32,000 nt of DNA from Amoeboradix gromovi X-113 (GCA_018985225.1 JADGIF010000007.1:15771-47770), one strand, 5' to 3'. Shown: positions 1 to 10,829, counted from the stretch's first letter. Notes: generated from the sequence alone by a model not told the origin. A program made the numbers and translations.

Positions 1-981
1 GCTCCTGCTACAACTTTATTTTATGTAGTCTGCATGCATGGATCCGCTGCTACTGCTGCATTGCATTATTGCGCTACCGAAAGTGATGCAACCGTTCAGC
101 AGTTGGAGAGACCATCAATTTCAGAACTAGTTGTACCATTCTTTCCTCCAGACTTTAAGTTTCGAATGCTTGATGCGGACGACGAGGATATTATAAAAGT
201 ATTTCTGAACCACTATCAACTGCATGGCTCTGAGTACTTAACAGTCAATGAAAGTGAATTATATGACAAGCAAGTAGTGCCAGTAGACTTGTTAGAATTA
301 TATGACCGCGTCATGCAATGTGACAGGAAAAGCGTTGTTGAATGCTATAGGAGTTTAACTACTGGTGAGAAGAGAAATACGTTTTTAAAGAACACATTTT
401 CTTGTTTTTCTAAATTTGGTCTCTATGGGACGGAGTATGTAGAATTGGAAACGCATATAGAATTAGCTCCAGATCAATTAGCTCCAGATCACAATGCAAT
501 GATTCCGATTATTAACCTTTTAGATAGAAATTGTACACCGAAAAGATATCTTGTTTGTACTACAATAGAGAAATCTAATATTAGTGATATTTTAAATAAT
601 TTATATTGCGGATCCTATCGCATGTTTTCGAGGACCCACATGGGCAATAATATTCCACTTTTGAAAATATTGTTAAAAGAATGCGGCGATACAGATTTAA
701 GAGATCAAATTGGATATGAAATTATGGTTGCAACAGGCTGTACAACTTGGTATCGGGAGCGTGTCGCAGAATGGTGTGATATTATTGAACTATTATTTAG
801 TCCAGAAGATTATATCAACAGATTCTCAGAATTCTTCAAGGGAAAGGTGACGGCAGGTCAACTAGCTGAGATCTTCTCAGATAAGCCTTATAAGATTATG
901 AATAGCTTTCAAAGAAATGAAATCAGGGTAGCGACGAAGGGTTATTTAAAATTGCTGAAACCTGATTTGATTGTACAATAA
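1..981 (+). CDS. Hypothetical protein, probably 5'-partial (frame open from base 1; first ATG at 34)
   Basis: At least 315 codons open in AT-rich DNA, with AATAAA just after the stop. No domain recognised. Confidence 0.6.
   Translation, partial: APATTLFYVVCMHGSAATAALHYCATESDATVQQLERPSISELVVPFFPPDFKFRMLDADDEDIIKVFLNHYQLHGSEYLTVNESELYDKQVVPVDLLELYDRVMQCDRKSVVECYRSLTTGEKRNTFLKNTFSCFSKFGLYGTEYVELETHIELAPDQLAPDHNAMIPIINLLDRNCTPKRYLVCTTIEKSNISDILNNLYCGSYRMFSRTHMGNNIPLLKILLKECGDTDLRDQIGYEIMVATGCTTWYRERVAEWCDIIELLFSPEDYINRFSEFFKGKVTAGQLAEIFSDKPYKIMNSFQRNEIRVATKGYLKLLKPDLIVQ
461..490 (+). repeat. Perfect 15-nt in-frame tandem duplication AATTAGCTCCAGATC x2 (LAPDQ-LAPDH)
   Basis: Read directly at 461-475 and 476-490. 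Confidence 0.9.
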
Positions 982-1727
982 CTGAATAAACCTATTACTG
1001 TATAACTGCCAATATTCTATTTAGTGTTTGATGCGCCATCGACACTATTAGCTAACACATGAGCCCCCATATCCTAACATCGCGATAACACGTTTCCTGG
1101 AAACGAATGATAATACTGAACCCCAAAACCCTGGTACCACCTGCTGTTTGTCTGCTATGGTAGATAAAAATGTTTTACTGATATATTTTGTCGACTTGAT
1201 TCAGTTGCATGTTTTTGCACAAGTCATTTACAGGTAAGAAATGGGGTGCTGACCATTAGTATGCAAGTGTAAACGGCACTTGGTAATCCTCGGCCCTCTA
1301 GTAGGCGACTTCACCACTGCCTCCAGCACTGTCCCCAGTACCATCCCAGTAACTACCCCGTACCGCACTGCTCAACCGGCACAGCACACAAGGACACAGA
1401 AGGACATACTCACCACGCACCCTCTATTCCCACTTACGTAATACACTTGCCGATTTGCATAGGCCCGCATTGCACAGCCGGTGCACGCCACTGATTGATT
1501 TGACTATGGCTGAGCCTGAGCAGATCTTAAATCCCAAAGTTGAAAAGTTCAAAATAGAATTGCGAACCGCTATTAAGATTTTCTAGTCACTTCGTTTCTG
1601 TGTTTTGATACCGCTGACTTTGCAAATCAGCTTGCAATCCGTATATTTCGAATTATTTTTCATATAACTGATTTTTTAAATTTCTTCTCAGTCTGTCGAT
1701 TTTTGCGTTTTTATGCCACTAATTTTG

Positions 1728-2330
1728 TTAACAATCTCTCAGTTTTCTGATTACCAGGTTTCTTTTTCTACATCTGCTTATTAGTTCTTTTATTTCCTCG
1801 TCTTTGTCATTTAATTGTTTTAATATTTTGGTGCAATATCGGTGCCAGAATAAACGCAAGCTCCACATATATATAGCATAAATAAGAATATTTGATTTGA
1901 GTAAAGAGCAGGTAATTCTCCATAAGCTACAATAAGACATGCGAAAGCTTGAAAAAAATCGGTCATACTATTTGAGTCCACTCTCTTTTTTAATATAATT
2001 TTTATTAAATATAGCACAATTAAGTCAGAGTCTATGATTGATTCAATGATAAAAAATAAATCATACTCGTTAGATGCTGAGCTTTACGAAAATTTGGCAT
2101 TATTTGAGCAAGACAATTTTAACAACAATTCTTTAATATACCCGCAGTTCAGGCAATTCATAACTTGCATTCTGTTTAACCTGTTTCTTCAATGGTGCTG
2201 GACGACGGAGTACTCATTTCTTGATTCTTTTTGGTCTCTCTCCTTTCAAAGAATTCTTATTGCTTCTGAAAAATATCTGAGTGTATTAAGATTCATAAAA
2301 GAAAAACAAATTTCTGGCTTTTTTTGAGCT
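1728..2330 (-). pseudogene. Possible decayed paralog of the C-terminal membrane region of the 2777..4627 gene
   Basis: Broken minus-strand frames give NNAKF/FVK/SSAS and FFQAFACLIVAYGELPALYSNQIFLF. These resemble MAKFNFVKSSAG and ILSFGTAIVSLNAVLSSDQIIVIF in the neighbouring gene. Many stops and frameshifts. Confidence 0.3.
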
Positions 2331-2776
2331 AATTTATTTTAATCTATCCATATGCCATGTTATGGCATTTACAGGCTAATTGAATATAATTCTAAAATAT
2401 CTAGTTCTAACTATTTTTACCCTCTCATTGAAAGGTCTAGCTCTAGCACATTGTATAACGACCTAGTACATCAAAACCAGTCTTGCAATGTAAACTGCTT
2501 CATAAAAAACGGAAGTGTACCAAAAATGGTTGGTGATCGGGGAGTTTGTATTTTGTTAACTTCCAAATTCATTTTTACATTTCAGAAACAGGAAAGTCAT
2601 TAAAAATCTGCACTGAATTTTGAATGCCTTGTATTAAGATCGATATTCTCCAATTTTGTCTTTCAAGTCTTCTGCAGTTTCTGCGCATCCAGATATTAAA
2701 TCCTGAATGAGTTTTGCAAATTTTTCAAGAATCGCTAAAACAAATTGAAAAGATATTTACTAACGCTAACTTTTGC

Positions 2777-4627
2777 TTACTGCATACCGCATATTCCCTT
2801 AGTGTCCTTCCAAACAAGAAACACAACAAAGTCTTTGAATATTCCTATTCTCGGAACATCTGGATCTCTATGATCTAGCCAGTCTTCGATCGCGATTGAA
2901 GACTGAATTTTTTCTAAATAGTCCTTTTTACTATTCGAGTTTACAATATCGCTTGGAGGTTTAGATATAATTTTTAATTGCCTAAGCGTCAAAACATATT
3001 TTAAAAGGTTTAGGTACACATTCATCAGCATCTCTATTACAGTAATGAAAACGGAAAAAACAGTGGTAGCGAAAAAAATAACAATAATTTGGTCGGAGCT
3101 CAAAACCGCATTTAGACTGACAATCGCAGTCCCAAAACTTAATATTGCAAAAGTAATTAGAAAAAATCCAGCTACGAAGTTTTTTAGGATATCGAAAACC
3201 TTGTTTGATTGTTTCTTCCAGACCATACCAGCAGATGACTTCACAAAATTAAACTTTGCCATTTCATACTCTTTTTCGTCTTTAGAACTACTTTTAACTA
3301 ATTGTTTCTCGTAGATTATATTAAACTGCTTTGCAGCTTCTTGAAGATTATGAGATAGATAAAGCGCCTTGAAATTAGAATAACCAAGATTCTTGTAGTA
3401 TTGCCATTGTCTATGTGCTCCAATAATTCCGTTATCGCATTTTCCAACCCTCTTTGCACTGCTTTTAATCTTTTCTATTGCATCTTCAATACCTTCTTTG
3501 TTAGATTCAATTGTAAATATATCAAATTCAAACTTTTCACCAAGCTGAGATTTCATCTGTTCTATAATTAGCTTTCTGGTGATCCCCCAACAACAGTTAT
3601 TCAGTGTTTCAAGATGTCTTTTAAAATCGTTTCCCTGTAGCTTTTTATCCGTAATTTCGTCGTATTGCTCACTATCTCCCTCAGAATTTTCCTCCATGTT
3701 GTTCTTAATTTTATTTTCTTTTTTTTCTTCTTCAACTTTGCTATCAAACTGGTTCATCCAGCTCACCACATCTTTTTCATCTATTTTAATGTTTTCGTTC
3801 AAACGCTTTCTAATTTCGAAAAAATAGCGTATGTCACTGAATTTTTTTAAGTCGGCAGAGTTCATTTTCTCTTTTCTCAGAGTTTTTGCCCAAATTTTAT
3901 TTTTTTCGTTTGTAAAGACTTTTCTAATTTTAGTTAGACATTCAATCTCTTCATCTGACATCTTAGTTAAATCCGATAAACTATTTCCTGTTTTATTTAT
4001 TTGTATGGCTGGCACTTCCCTTGGTCTTGGATCTCGTGTTGCTTTACCCCACTTCTGTTCAATATCTTTAGAGACGTCAAAACATTTTTCTAGAAGTTCC
4101 CTTATTTTACTCAGTGAAACATCTTGAAGAATTGAGCTATAGTTGATGCTTTGAAAACTGTCTTCATAAAGTTCAAGCCTGGTTTCGAACACCACAAAAA
4201 TGGCATCGTCCTTAAACATCATCATGTTTCTCTTATTTTCCCGATCATTATTGCATAAACCACTCTTACATATTGGAACAAGCATGCCATACTTTTTCAA
4301 ATTTTCAATTGAGTAGTTGTATCTCATGGTATGAAGGATCTCAAGATCATCATCATCTACACTACTCAGATCAACATGCCCACCAACACAATCATTTCTG
4401 GGTTTCTTGCAACATATGTTGTAGCACTTCTTGTTTTCTCGATCTTCCCATTTTGTGTTCATGAGAGCTTCTTTCCATAACAGTATCTTATTACTCCATA
4501 ACCCCAAAGAATCAAAAACCATTGAGGATTTTTCAATGTTTTTAGCACTAATTTCTCTACCCGGCTTCACAGCTAAAAGAGCAAGGACGACATCCGCACT
4601 TTGTTTCTCGTGTTTTTTTTCTTCCAT
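2777..4627 (-). CDS. Hypothetical 616-aa Lys/Glu-rich protein with two predicted C-terminal transmembrane helices
   Basis: Long ATG-initiated ORF with hydrophobic segments FVAGFFLITFAILSFGTAIVSL and IIVIFFATTVFSVFITVIEMLM. Family not recognised. Confidence 0.7.
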   Translation of the reverse strand: MEEKKHEKQSADVVLALLAVKPGREISAKNIEKSSMVFDSLGLWSNKILLWKEALMNTKWEDRENKKCYNICCKKPRNDCVGGHVDLSSVDDDDLEILHTMRYNYSIENLKKYGMLVPICKSGLCNNDRENKRNMMMFKDDAIFVVFETRLELYEDSFQSINYSSILQDVSLSKIRELLEKCFDVSKDIEQKWGKATRDPRPREVPAIQINKTGNSLSDLTKMSDEEIECLTKIRKVFTNEKNKIWAKTLRKEKMNSADLKKFSDIRYFFEIRKRLNENIKIDEKDVVSWMNQFDSKVEEEKKENKIKNNMEENSEGDSEQYDEITDKKLQGNDFKRHLETLNNCCWGITRKLIIEQMKSQLGEKFEFDIFTIESNKEGIEDAIEKIKSSAKRVGKCDNGIIGAHRQWQYYKNLGYSNFKALYLSHNLQEAAKQFNIIYEKQLVKSSSKDEKEYEMAKFNFVKSSAGMVWKKQSNKVFDILKNFVAGFFLITFAILSFGTAIVSLNAVLSSDQIIVIFFATTVFSVFITVIEMLMNVYLNLLKYVLTLRQLKIISKPPSDIVNSNSKKDYLEKIQSSIAIEDWLDHRDPDVPRIGIFKDFVVFLVWKDTKGICGMQ

Positions 4628-4661
4628 TCCTTATAACTCCAAACCACACTTAGTCTAATTT

Positions 4662-6136
4662 ATGATTGACATCCTTGTGATTTTATCAATATCACTAGTA
4701 GTTGCTGTCTTTTCTGACTCTCCAAACATGATAAATTTGGCGATTGGAATGAGAATGAATGTTAAACAACCGAATATAATGACTAACTTAGTGACTGATT
4801 GCTGCTCTGCTCAAGGATTGACATGTAATAGCGGTCGTGTTACTGAAATAAACTGGTCAGGATTATCATTGGATGGAAGCATAAACGGTGACTTCATTCC
4901 AGATGGGCTTTTATATCTAACTTTGGATAACAATCAGTTCATAGGAACCATTCCGAGTACATTACCAAACGGATTACTAGGTATAAGTTTGAATTTTAAT
5001 TCAATATCTGGACCAATTCCGGCTGCATTACCGAGTGATCTAATTTATTTAAGTGCATACAACAACCAATTGAATGGCACCATTCCCAGTACATTACCAT
5101 CTGGATTACTAAATTTAGGCCTCCGTAGCAATCGAATGTCCGGTGATTTGCCTACATTTCCAACGACAATAAAAAATCTAATTTTGGGTGATAGGCATTA
5201 CTTTGGTAACCATTTACAGACACTTTAAGACTTAATAAACCTGTAGGGTTACTGATCTGTGAAAACTATATCACTGATGTAATTATAAATGATCCAAGTG
5301 ATCTAACCACTTGTGACTTGTCCAATAATCCACTATTAGGTAATCCAAATATTGTCGGTTTGACCATGTGCACAAGGGTTGGCTTGTATGATCCCAATTT
5401 ACTTCCTGTTACACTCAGTAAGTCATCTTCAGTTGGTTTTGCAAACAGTGCAACCTTTTTAACGAGCAGTGCTTTAACGAACAATTTTTCCGCTAGCATT
5501 TCATCTGATTACATTATTTACGAAACAACTACTTCGAAATTAAACAGCCCAAAACAGTCATTGAAGAGCGGAATTACATCAAATAGTACATCTGTTGATG
5601 CATTTGTTACACCTAAAATAACCATTACCCTTGAAAACACGTCTTTAATAAATATATCAACAACAGATGTGACATCAAACAGAAAAAATACAATAACTAT
5701 AGTTTTAGAGCAAACTGCACAACAAACCGCTAGTAACATAGCGTATTCGTTAAACTCTAAAAAGCCTGCAGTCCAAGAGGCTAGTGTCAAAAATGCATTT
5801 CAAACCAGTCGAACACACAATCTTAAAACACTACAGGAAATTGGTGAAAAGACATTTGCAGCACTTAATTTGGACTTGAATACTGCATTTAGCACAAAGT
5901 CCGACCCAAAGATTAAAACAGAAACAACTAAAATTAATCCCTCAACACTTGTGATAACTAAATCTATGCGCATTTCATTAAGAATATCTACTACTCAGAT
6001 AGGGCCATCAAATATAAAAGATATACCAAAACAGGATGCAGATGTTACGAGCAGCACTAATGGCATCATGTTTGGAGCGAGTGTTTGTATAACAGTCGTG
6101 TTTACAATGGCTGGTTTGAAAAAGTATCTGAAATAA
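4662..6136 (+). CDS. Receptor-like LRR surface protein (signal peptide, Cys cap, plant-type LRRs, Ser/Thr stalk, C-terminal TM), split by a 1-nt frameshift at ~5213-5215
   Basis: Signal MIDILVILSISLVVAVFS; cap DCC..GLTC..GRV..INW; repeats LxxLxLxxNxF/LxGxIP. Adding one T to the T-run at 5213-5215 gives GNHFTDTLRLNKP...CDLSNNPLLG, continuous with ORF 5318..6136 (about 491 aa). Ends in a TM followed by KKYLK. Confidence 0.75.
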
Positions 6137-6516
6137 AGGCAAGGGCAATTAATGTTGAAGCGGACAATAAAAGTAATCTTCATATTTATTTAGATGTTGA
6201 GAGAACAGAATGTCAAGTAAATAACTGGCTGCTGATTCGTCAATTCTCTTATTTCAGCAAATGCTCGTCTAATATGATGGATTCGTATTTTGCGTTGGTG
6301 AGAGATCTTTTCCAAATTCTGTTTGCATAGTATTCTTACATTTGCTTTGCATAAGAGCTGTAGGAATAGAGGAACAACTGCTAGAATAAAACATAAAAAC
6401 AAGGTAAGATATTTAGTTCAATGTTCGAATCATTGCTTACTTTCAAACTACTGTAAACTACGTTTTATTGTCAATCTAGCCTTAGACACAGCAGTCTTAA
6501 GTGATTTTTTTGGCGC

Positions 6517-7145
6517 TTATAACTCAATTTTAGCCTGTAAATTTCCTAGTGCAGCTGCCATTGGAAAATAAGCAGCAGACTGTTCAATGTTCATTTCAAC
6601 ACCCAAGCCCATCCTATAAAAGACTCCAAGCGTATAGCTTGCTTTATCATCACTGCCATCTAATAAATTCAGTCACAATAACCGCGCTTTCGCATACATC
6701 TTTTCGTTCATATAGATCCCTAATAAATTCCAATTTGCAGACTCATTGCCTAACGAACAACTCTGCTCTAATAGCAACTGTGCAGATGTTATGTTCTTGT
6801 CACATACTACGAGGCAATATGGGTGTAACCATAGCCATTCCAAACTCTAATTCTTTTGGGTTACATTCAAATACCACCTAACCCAAGATATAAGGAATGA
6901 GTATATCTCAATTTTATCTCGCAAAACATTTCAAATATTTGTAAGGTATTTTGCATAGCATAATATTTTCATTCACCTTTTGGTACGTTATCAGTGCCAT
7001 GTCTATTATCTGTTCTGGCATTCTATTATATTACTTGGATAATGGTGATAGTAAGAAATGAGCAGTTAACATGAATAAGCACAAATTGGAGAAGCAAAGG
7101 AAGCTTCTAAGAAACAAGAATAAGAAATAGTTTAATGAAGTACAT
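6517..7145 (-). pseudogene. Sel1-like repeat protein pseudogene, possibly secreted
   Basis: Minus frame 6517..~6830 reads DKNITSAQLLLEQSCSLGNESANWNLLGIY...KARLL*...ASYTLGVFYRMGLGVEMNIEQSAAYFPMAAALGNLQAKIEL*, matching the SEL1 consensus (A.Y.LG..Y..G.GV.....A..F..AA..GN..A). Internal TGA at 6673-6675. Upstream broken frames include YLGLGG and a hydrophobic start MYFIKLFLILVS. The 5' limit is uncertain. Confidence 0.75.
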
Positions 7146-7671
7146 ATTTAAATTTCTTTTTCGTCTATTTTTGGTGGATACATCACAAAACTGGTCTAAA
7201 AAGTCGAGTCATTCAAAAAATCAAGTGAATAATTTATTACTTATAACTTTGCGTATTTTTAATGTTTTCAAGGAAGTCATAATATTTCCCTTGATCTTCA
7301 ATCGAAATTTCATAAAAGCTTGTTCTCATGTTGATTTACTTGCTAAAATATTACCTAAATCAGTTTCTTCTAATACAATAGTGACATCTATCTTGGTTCA
7401 TGAAATAACATAATATCTGCTTACTGAATCATATATTTCATTCTAATATATGCCATTGAATTGCTAATGCTGCTCTTCATTCAGTCATTGATCGATAATT
7501 TCATTCAAGGCTCTCAGTCAGAATCTCATTCAAGATTACATTCATTGGTGCACATACTGTTTGGTCAGTCTCTCATATCTAGTTACTCGGTTATTAGATA
7601 TCACTTCAATCTTTATATTGATTGACGATTAATGTATTTCAAGGGAAATATCGGTATACCGATCAAAAGCA

Positions 7672-8124
7672 TTGAAAAAGTATGAAGAATTTATTATTCA
7701 ATCTTGTTCGTATGAATCTGCCGTCCTAGGAGTCTATATAATACATAGCCAACCAATCTTCATATGGCTCTATGGTCATGTTCCCAAATACATTTCCTCA
7801 AACTACAATTGCACACCAAAACAAATGAATATTGGAGACATTATCACTGACTATTCTAGTGTTCCGGAAAACCTTCGTAATTCTGAAGATACGCGAGCCA
7901 TGTACACGCCAAGTGGTGATATTATTTTGGGTATTTCTTGCCCTTTTGTTAGAATATTGAGAAGTACATGCTATATATGTGCCCAAATGATAATGCCAGA
8001 GTTGCTTGAGATGAACATATTACTAGTTGAACCAGTATTTCCAAATTTAGTAGAACGTTGTTTCAACGATAAAAATCATTACGGATGGTTAAACAATCAA
8101 ATCCCCTTATTTGATCCACTTTAG
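7672..8124 (+). CDS. Hypothetical protein or gene fragment
   Basis: 150-codon open frame with a non-ATG start call. No domain recognised. Confidence 0.3.
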   Translation: MKKYEEFIIQSCSYESAVLGVYIIHSQPIFIWLYGHVPKYISSNYNCTPKQMNIGDIITDYSSVPENLRNSEDTRAMYTPSGDIILGISCPFVRILRSTCYICAQMIMPELLEMNILLVEPVFPNLVERCFNDKNHYGWLNNQIPLFDPL

Positions 8125-8522
8125 GGCCTTCAATTCTGCATAGCAAATATCCAAATATCATCTTGTCTATTTCCACAAGTAATAGATAGAGTGAGGTAAT
8201 ATATATTGTCTCTTGGGCCTCATTTCATTGATATAGCATGAAGTAACAAATATAGAATTCTGGAAGTAAATTCTTTTCATTTGAACGGTGAAAAGTACTG
8301 CTGTTCTTTCTTGGAATTTTTCTTTTGTAATAATTCCCACACTTCAATGACTTGTATATACTAGTCATAACCTAATACGCGGTCCGAGCTCTCTTCTTTT
8401 CTTGAACTCCCTGGTTCAATGACCTACATGAGTACTATGGCCTGAATGTAAATATCAAGGCTATGGAAGTCTATTGATTACATAACACTTAAATAAACCA
8501 ATGTGACTTAATCCCTACTCCT

Positions 8523-8766
8523 CAAAGTATTACCCTCATCTCTGCATCAGTGCCCAGGACTTTCCAACTTGTCAACATTCAATTCCAGTCGTCCCAAGCC
8601 ATAAATCTCGTTTTATTTTCTTCTCTGACGCTTTCCAACTTGTCGACAGGACTTTCCAACTTTTTGACATTTCATTTACTTATCACTTATTTCTGCACAA
8701 GTATAACCTCATGTCTACACCAGATGAAAAAGCCCAGACTTCACTGATTTCTGCAAGTATTACCCT
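8523..8766. repeat. Cluster of interspersed imperfect direct repeats (two motif families)
   Basis: Motif A, CAAGTATWACC(C)TCATSTCTRCAYCAG-like, at ~8523 and ~8698 with a partial copy at ~8754. Motif B, (CAGGA)CTTTCCAACTT..., at ~8555, ~8631 and ~8647. Confidence 0.8.
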
Positions 8767-8837
8767 TATAAAAAAGAACCCAATGATTTAATGAATTAAG
8801 TTTATTTTGGGATTAACATTACATTTTTTTCATTTTC

Positions 8838-9330
8838 ATGGGCACTCTATCATGGCTGGTAGCATTAATTCATTCAAAATTTTGTTTACGGTACCATATA
8901 AACATGTGGCAAATGATGGAATTGGAAGGCATATCAACTTTATATGCCTATTTTTTGGTGTCATACCATGATATCAACAGTATCGGGATATTTTGTAAAA
9001 GTGGATTTTCAAGTGGCTGTCTTCCCAGTATTTATCATCTACTTCTTTGTGTCTGATAGCATAATACAGATTTTATTTTGGAAGAAATTGAGAATGATTA
9101 AATATTATATTGGTAGTGATATTGAAGCATCTGTAACAGAATTAAGAGAATTGCGAAAATTGTTTCTAATCAGGATTGGTGTTGCTTGTTTAGCTTATTT
9201 AACCATAGAAGCATTTGATGTACTTCAGTTTGGAAATTCCTACGACGATAATGATGCAATTCATGTAGCTTATTATTATATTATTGCACTAATTTTTGCA
9301 ATTTTTTTGCCTAGCTTTATCATTATGTAA
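8838..9330 (+). pseudogene. Multi-pass membrane protein gene or fragment, probably frameshifted
   Basis: Overlapping ORFs 8838..9056 and 8944..9330. The second has about three hydrophobic helices. Family not recognised. Confidence 0.3.
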
Positions 9331-9695
9331 AAACAAAAATTTATTGTGCCAGCTTGATTCAAAAAATGGAAATTTTTGAAATTCAAGTAACTGCGGTAGT
9401 TTAAAAATAAATTTATATTTATAAGAATCTTCCAATTTCGATGTATCCCATCGATCTGGATCAGATGCTAATGGATACTAAATATTTTTTTAATTTACAT
9501 TCATTTCATGTTATTTACAACAGTGCTTTTTGAATAGCGATGACAGCCAGACATTATCTAGATTCATTTGGTTAAACCTGACTTGTCGACCATCCGCTTT
9601 TCAAAAACAATATAAAATACACAATAATTGGTAAAATCAATAGCTATAATTAAATTAAATTTATTCTGGATCAGTATAATGAAACATTAGTCATT

Positions 9696-10691
9696 TTAAA
9701 ATGATTTGCAAACTTTAGTTTGAACTATTTCATTAATATATTTCATATCATCCTTTGGTTTCCTGTAAAATATAAAGCTACTGGTTTCCAAATGGATTTT
9801 TTCTTCTAGATACATATCTTGCATAATTCCAAATACCTCTCTTACATCAAGAATATGACCCTCTGCAGTTTTAATCGACTTGTGAATTTCACATTCAGCA
9901 ATATCAGGAAACCATTTATCGCATGGATTCGAGCCTTTCCCTTTTACCAAACTATAACGAAATTTTTCTATATCATCCATTGCATCTTCTAATTGATTAT
10001 TTACAGTACTTACAAGTTCTTTTAATATATGACTCTCTAATTCTTTCTGAGTTCGGGTTGATAAGTGAGTTAAGCTGTTAAGGTTCTTCTCCAATGTGTA
10101 AGTATTTGCTAATTCTTCGACATCACAAAAAAATAGCTGTTGAAACTTAATTGCTTTAATAGTTGCACTTTTCAAGTTTTTAAGCTTTTGTTTAATAGAG
10201 TCTAACTTATTTATGTCTGCTTGCAGATTATACCTTGAAATAATTGCTCCAACATCTGAGATGCCATTGGATGCTAATCTTACAGACTCTGTAGTAGGAA
10301 GTGGTTTACCTAAATCTTTTATCACTGTTACGATTTCACGCAACGCATTTGATTCACGAGTACATCTTTCCCATGGCCATTCCAAGGTTTCACAAATAAA
10401 ATAAGTCCATTTAATATTTAGTTGGACTTGAACTTCCTCGATAATTTCATTATAAAAACTATGACTTGCTGGATACATAAATAGACAAAGAAGAATAATA
10501 AATAATTCGGATTTGTTCATAAATTGTACGGAAATGGGTTCTGGTACATTTGTTTCTTGACCTCGGTTTTCATCCAAATTATTCAATGATTCCTGAACGT
10601 GGTTTGGCAAAGATCTATCATTCAAATGTCTTGCAGCTACTTCACGCTCCCATTCTTGTGGTGACAGTCTACGATCAGTTGCGAAGGCCAT
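9696..10691 (-). CDS. Hypothetical protein with one TM segment and a coiled-coil region
   Basis: About 331-codon ORF from the ATG at 10691. Hydrophobic LFIILLCLFMYPA and a heptad-rich helical C-terminal half. AATAAA lies ~30 nt downstream on the minus strand. Confidence 0.65.
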   Translation of the reverse strand: MAFATDRRLSPQEWEREVAARHLNDRSLPNHVQESLNNLDENRGQETNVPEPISVQFMNKSELFIILLCLFMYPASHSFYNEIIEEVQVQLNIKWTYFICETLEWPWERCTRESNALREIVTVIKDLGKPLPTTESVRLASNGISDVGAIISRYNLQADINKLDSIKQKLKNLKSATIKAIKFQQLFFCDVEELANTYTLEKNLNSLTHLSTRTQKELESHILKELVSTVNNQLEDAMDDIEKFRYSLVKGKGSNPCDKWFPDIAECEIHKSIKTAEGHILDVREVFGIMQDMYLEEKIHLETSSFIFYRKPKDDMKYINEIVQTKVCKSF

Positions 10692-10829
10692 GGTGAACAA
10701 AGTACATCACCAAATTTTATGTATTTTTTTGTCCAAACAAAAACCTTAATTGTCTCCATTCAATCATATAAATCCAGTCAAGAGGTTTGATTTCCACCAA
10801 TCTGACTATCAATTGAAATGCCCAATCAA

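Noticed and set aside
2730-2790. Intron extending the 616-aa gene past its TAA
   Set aside because: The candidate GT-AG pairs of 15-28 nt do not reach the downstream open frame and lack the branch consensus. Only a 53-nt version fits, which is atypical for this genome.
5206-5219. A 14-nt GT-AG segment (GTAACCATTTACAG) whose removal would also restore the LRR reading frame
   Set aside because: It lacks the YTAAY branch at -9..-5 seen in all four supported introns and would delete the conserved LRR residues GNHF. A 1-nt deletion is simpler.
7105-7440. Minus-strand frame of ~100 codons interrupted only by TGA, suggesting a UGA=Trp (mollicute or mitochondrial) insert
   Set aside because: The read-through product is unrecognisable, nearby relics also use TGG and contain TAA/TAG and frameshifts, and TGG-to-TGA decay or chance is sufficient.
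8523-8766. CRISPR-like array
   Set aside because: The repeats are short, imperfect, of two kinds and irregularly spaced, the context is eukaryotic, and no cas genes are present.
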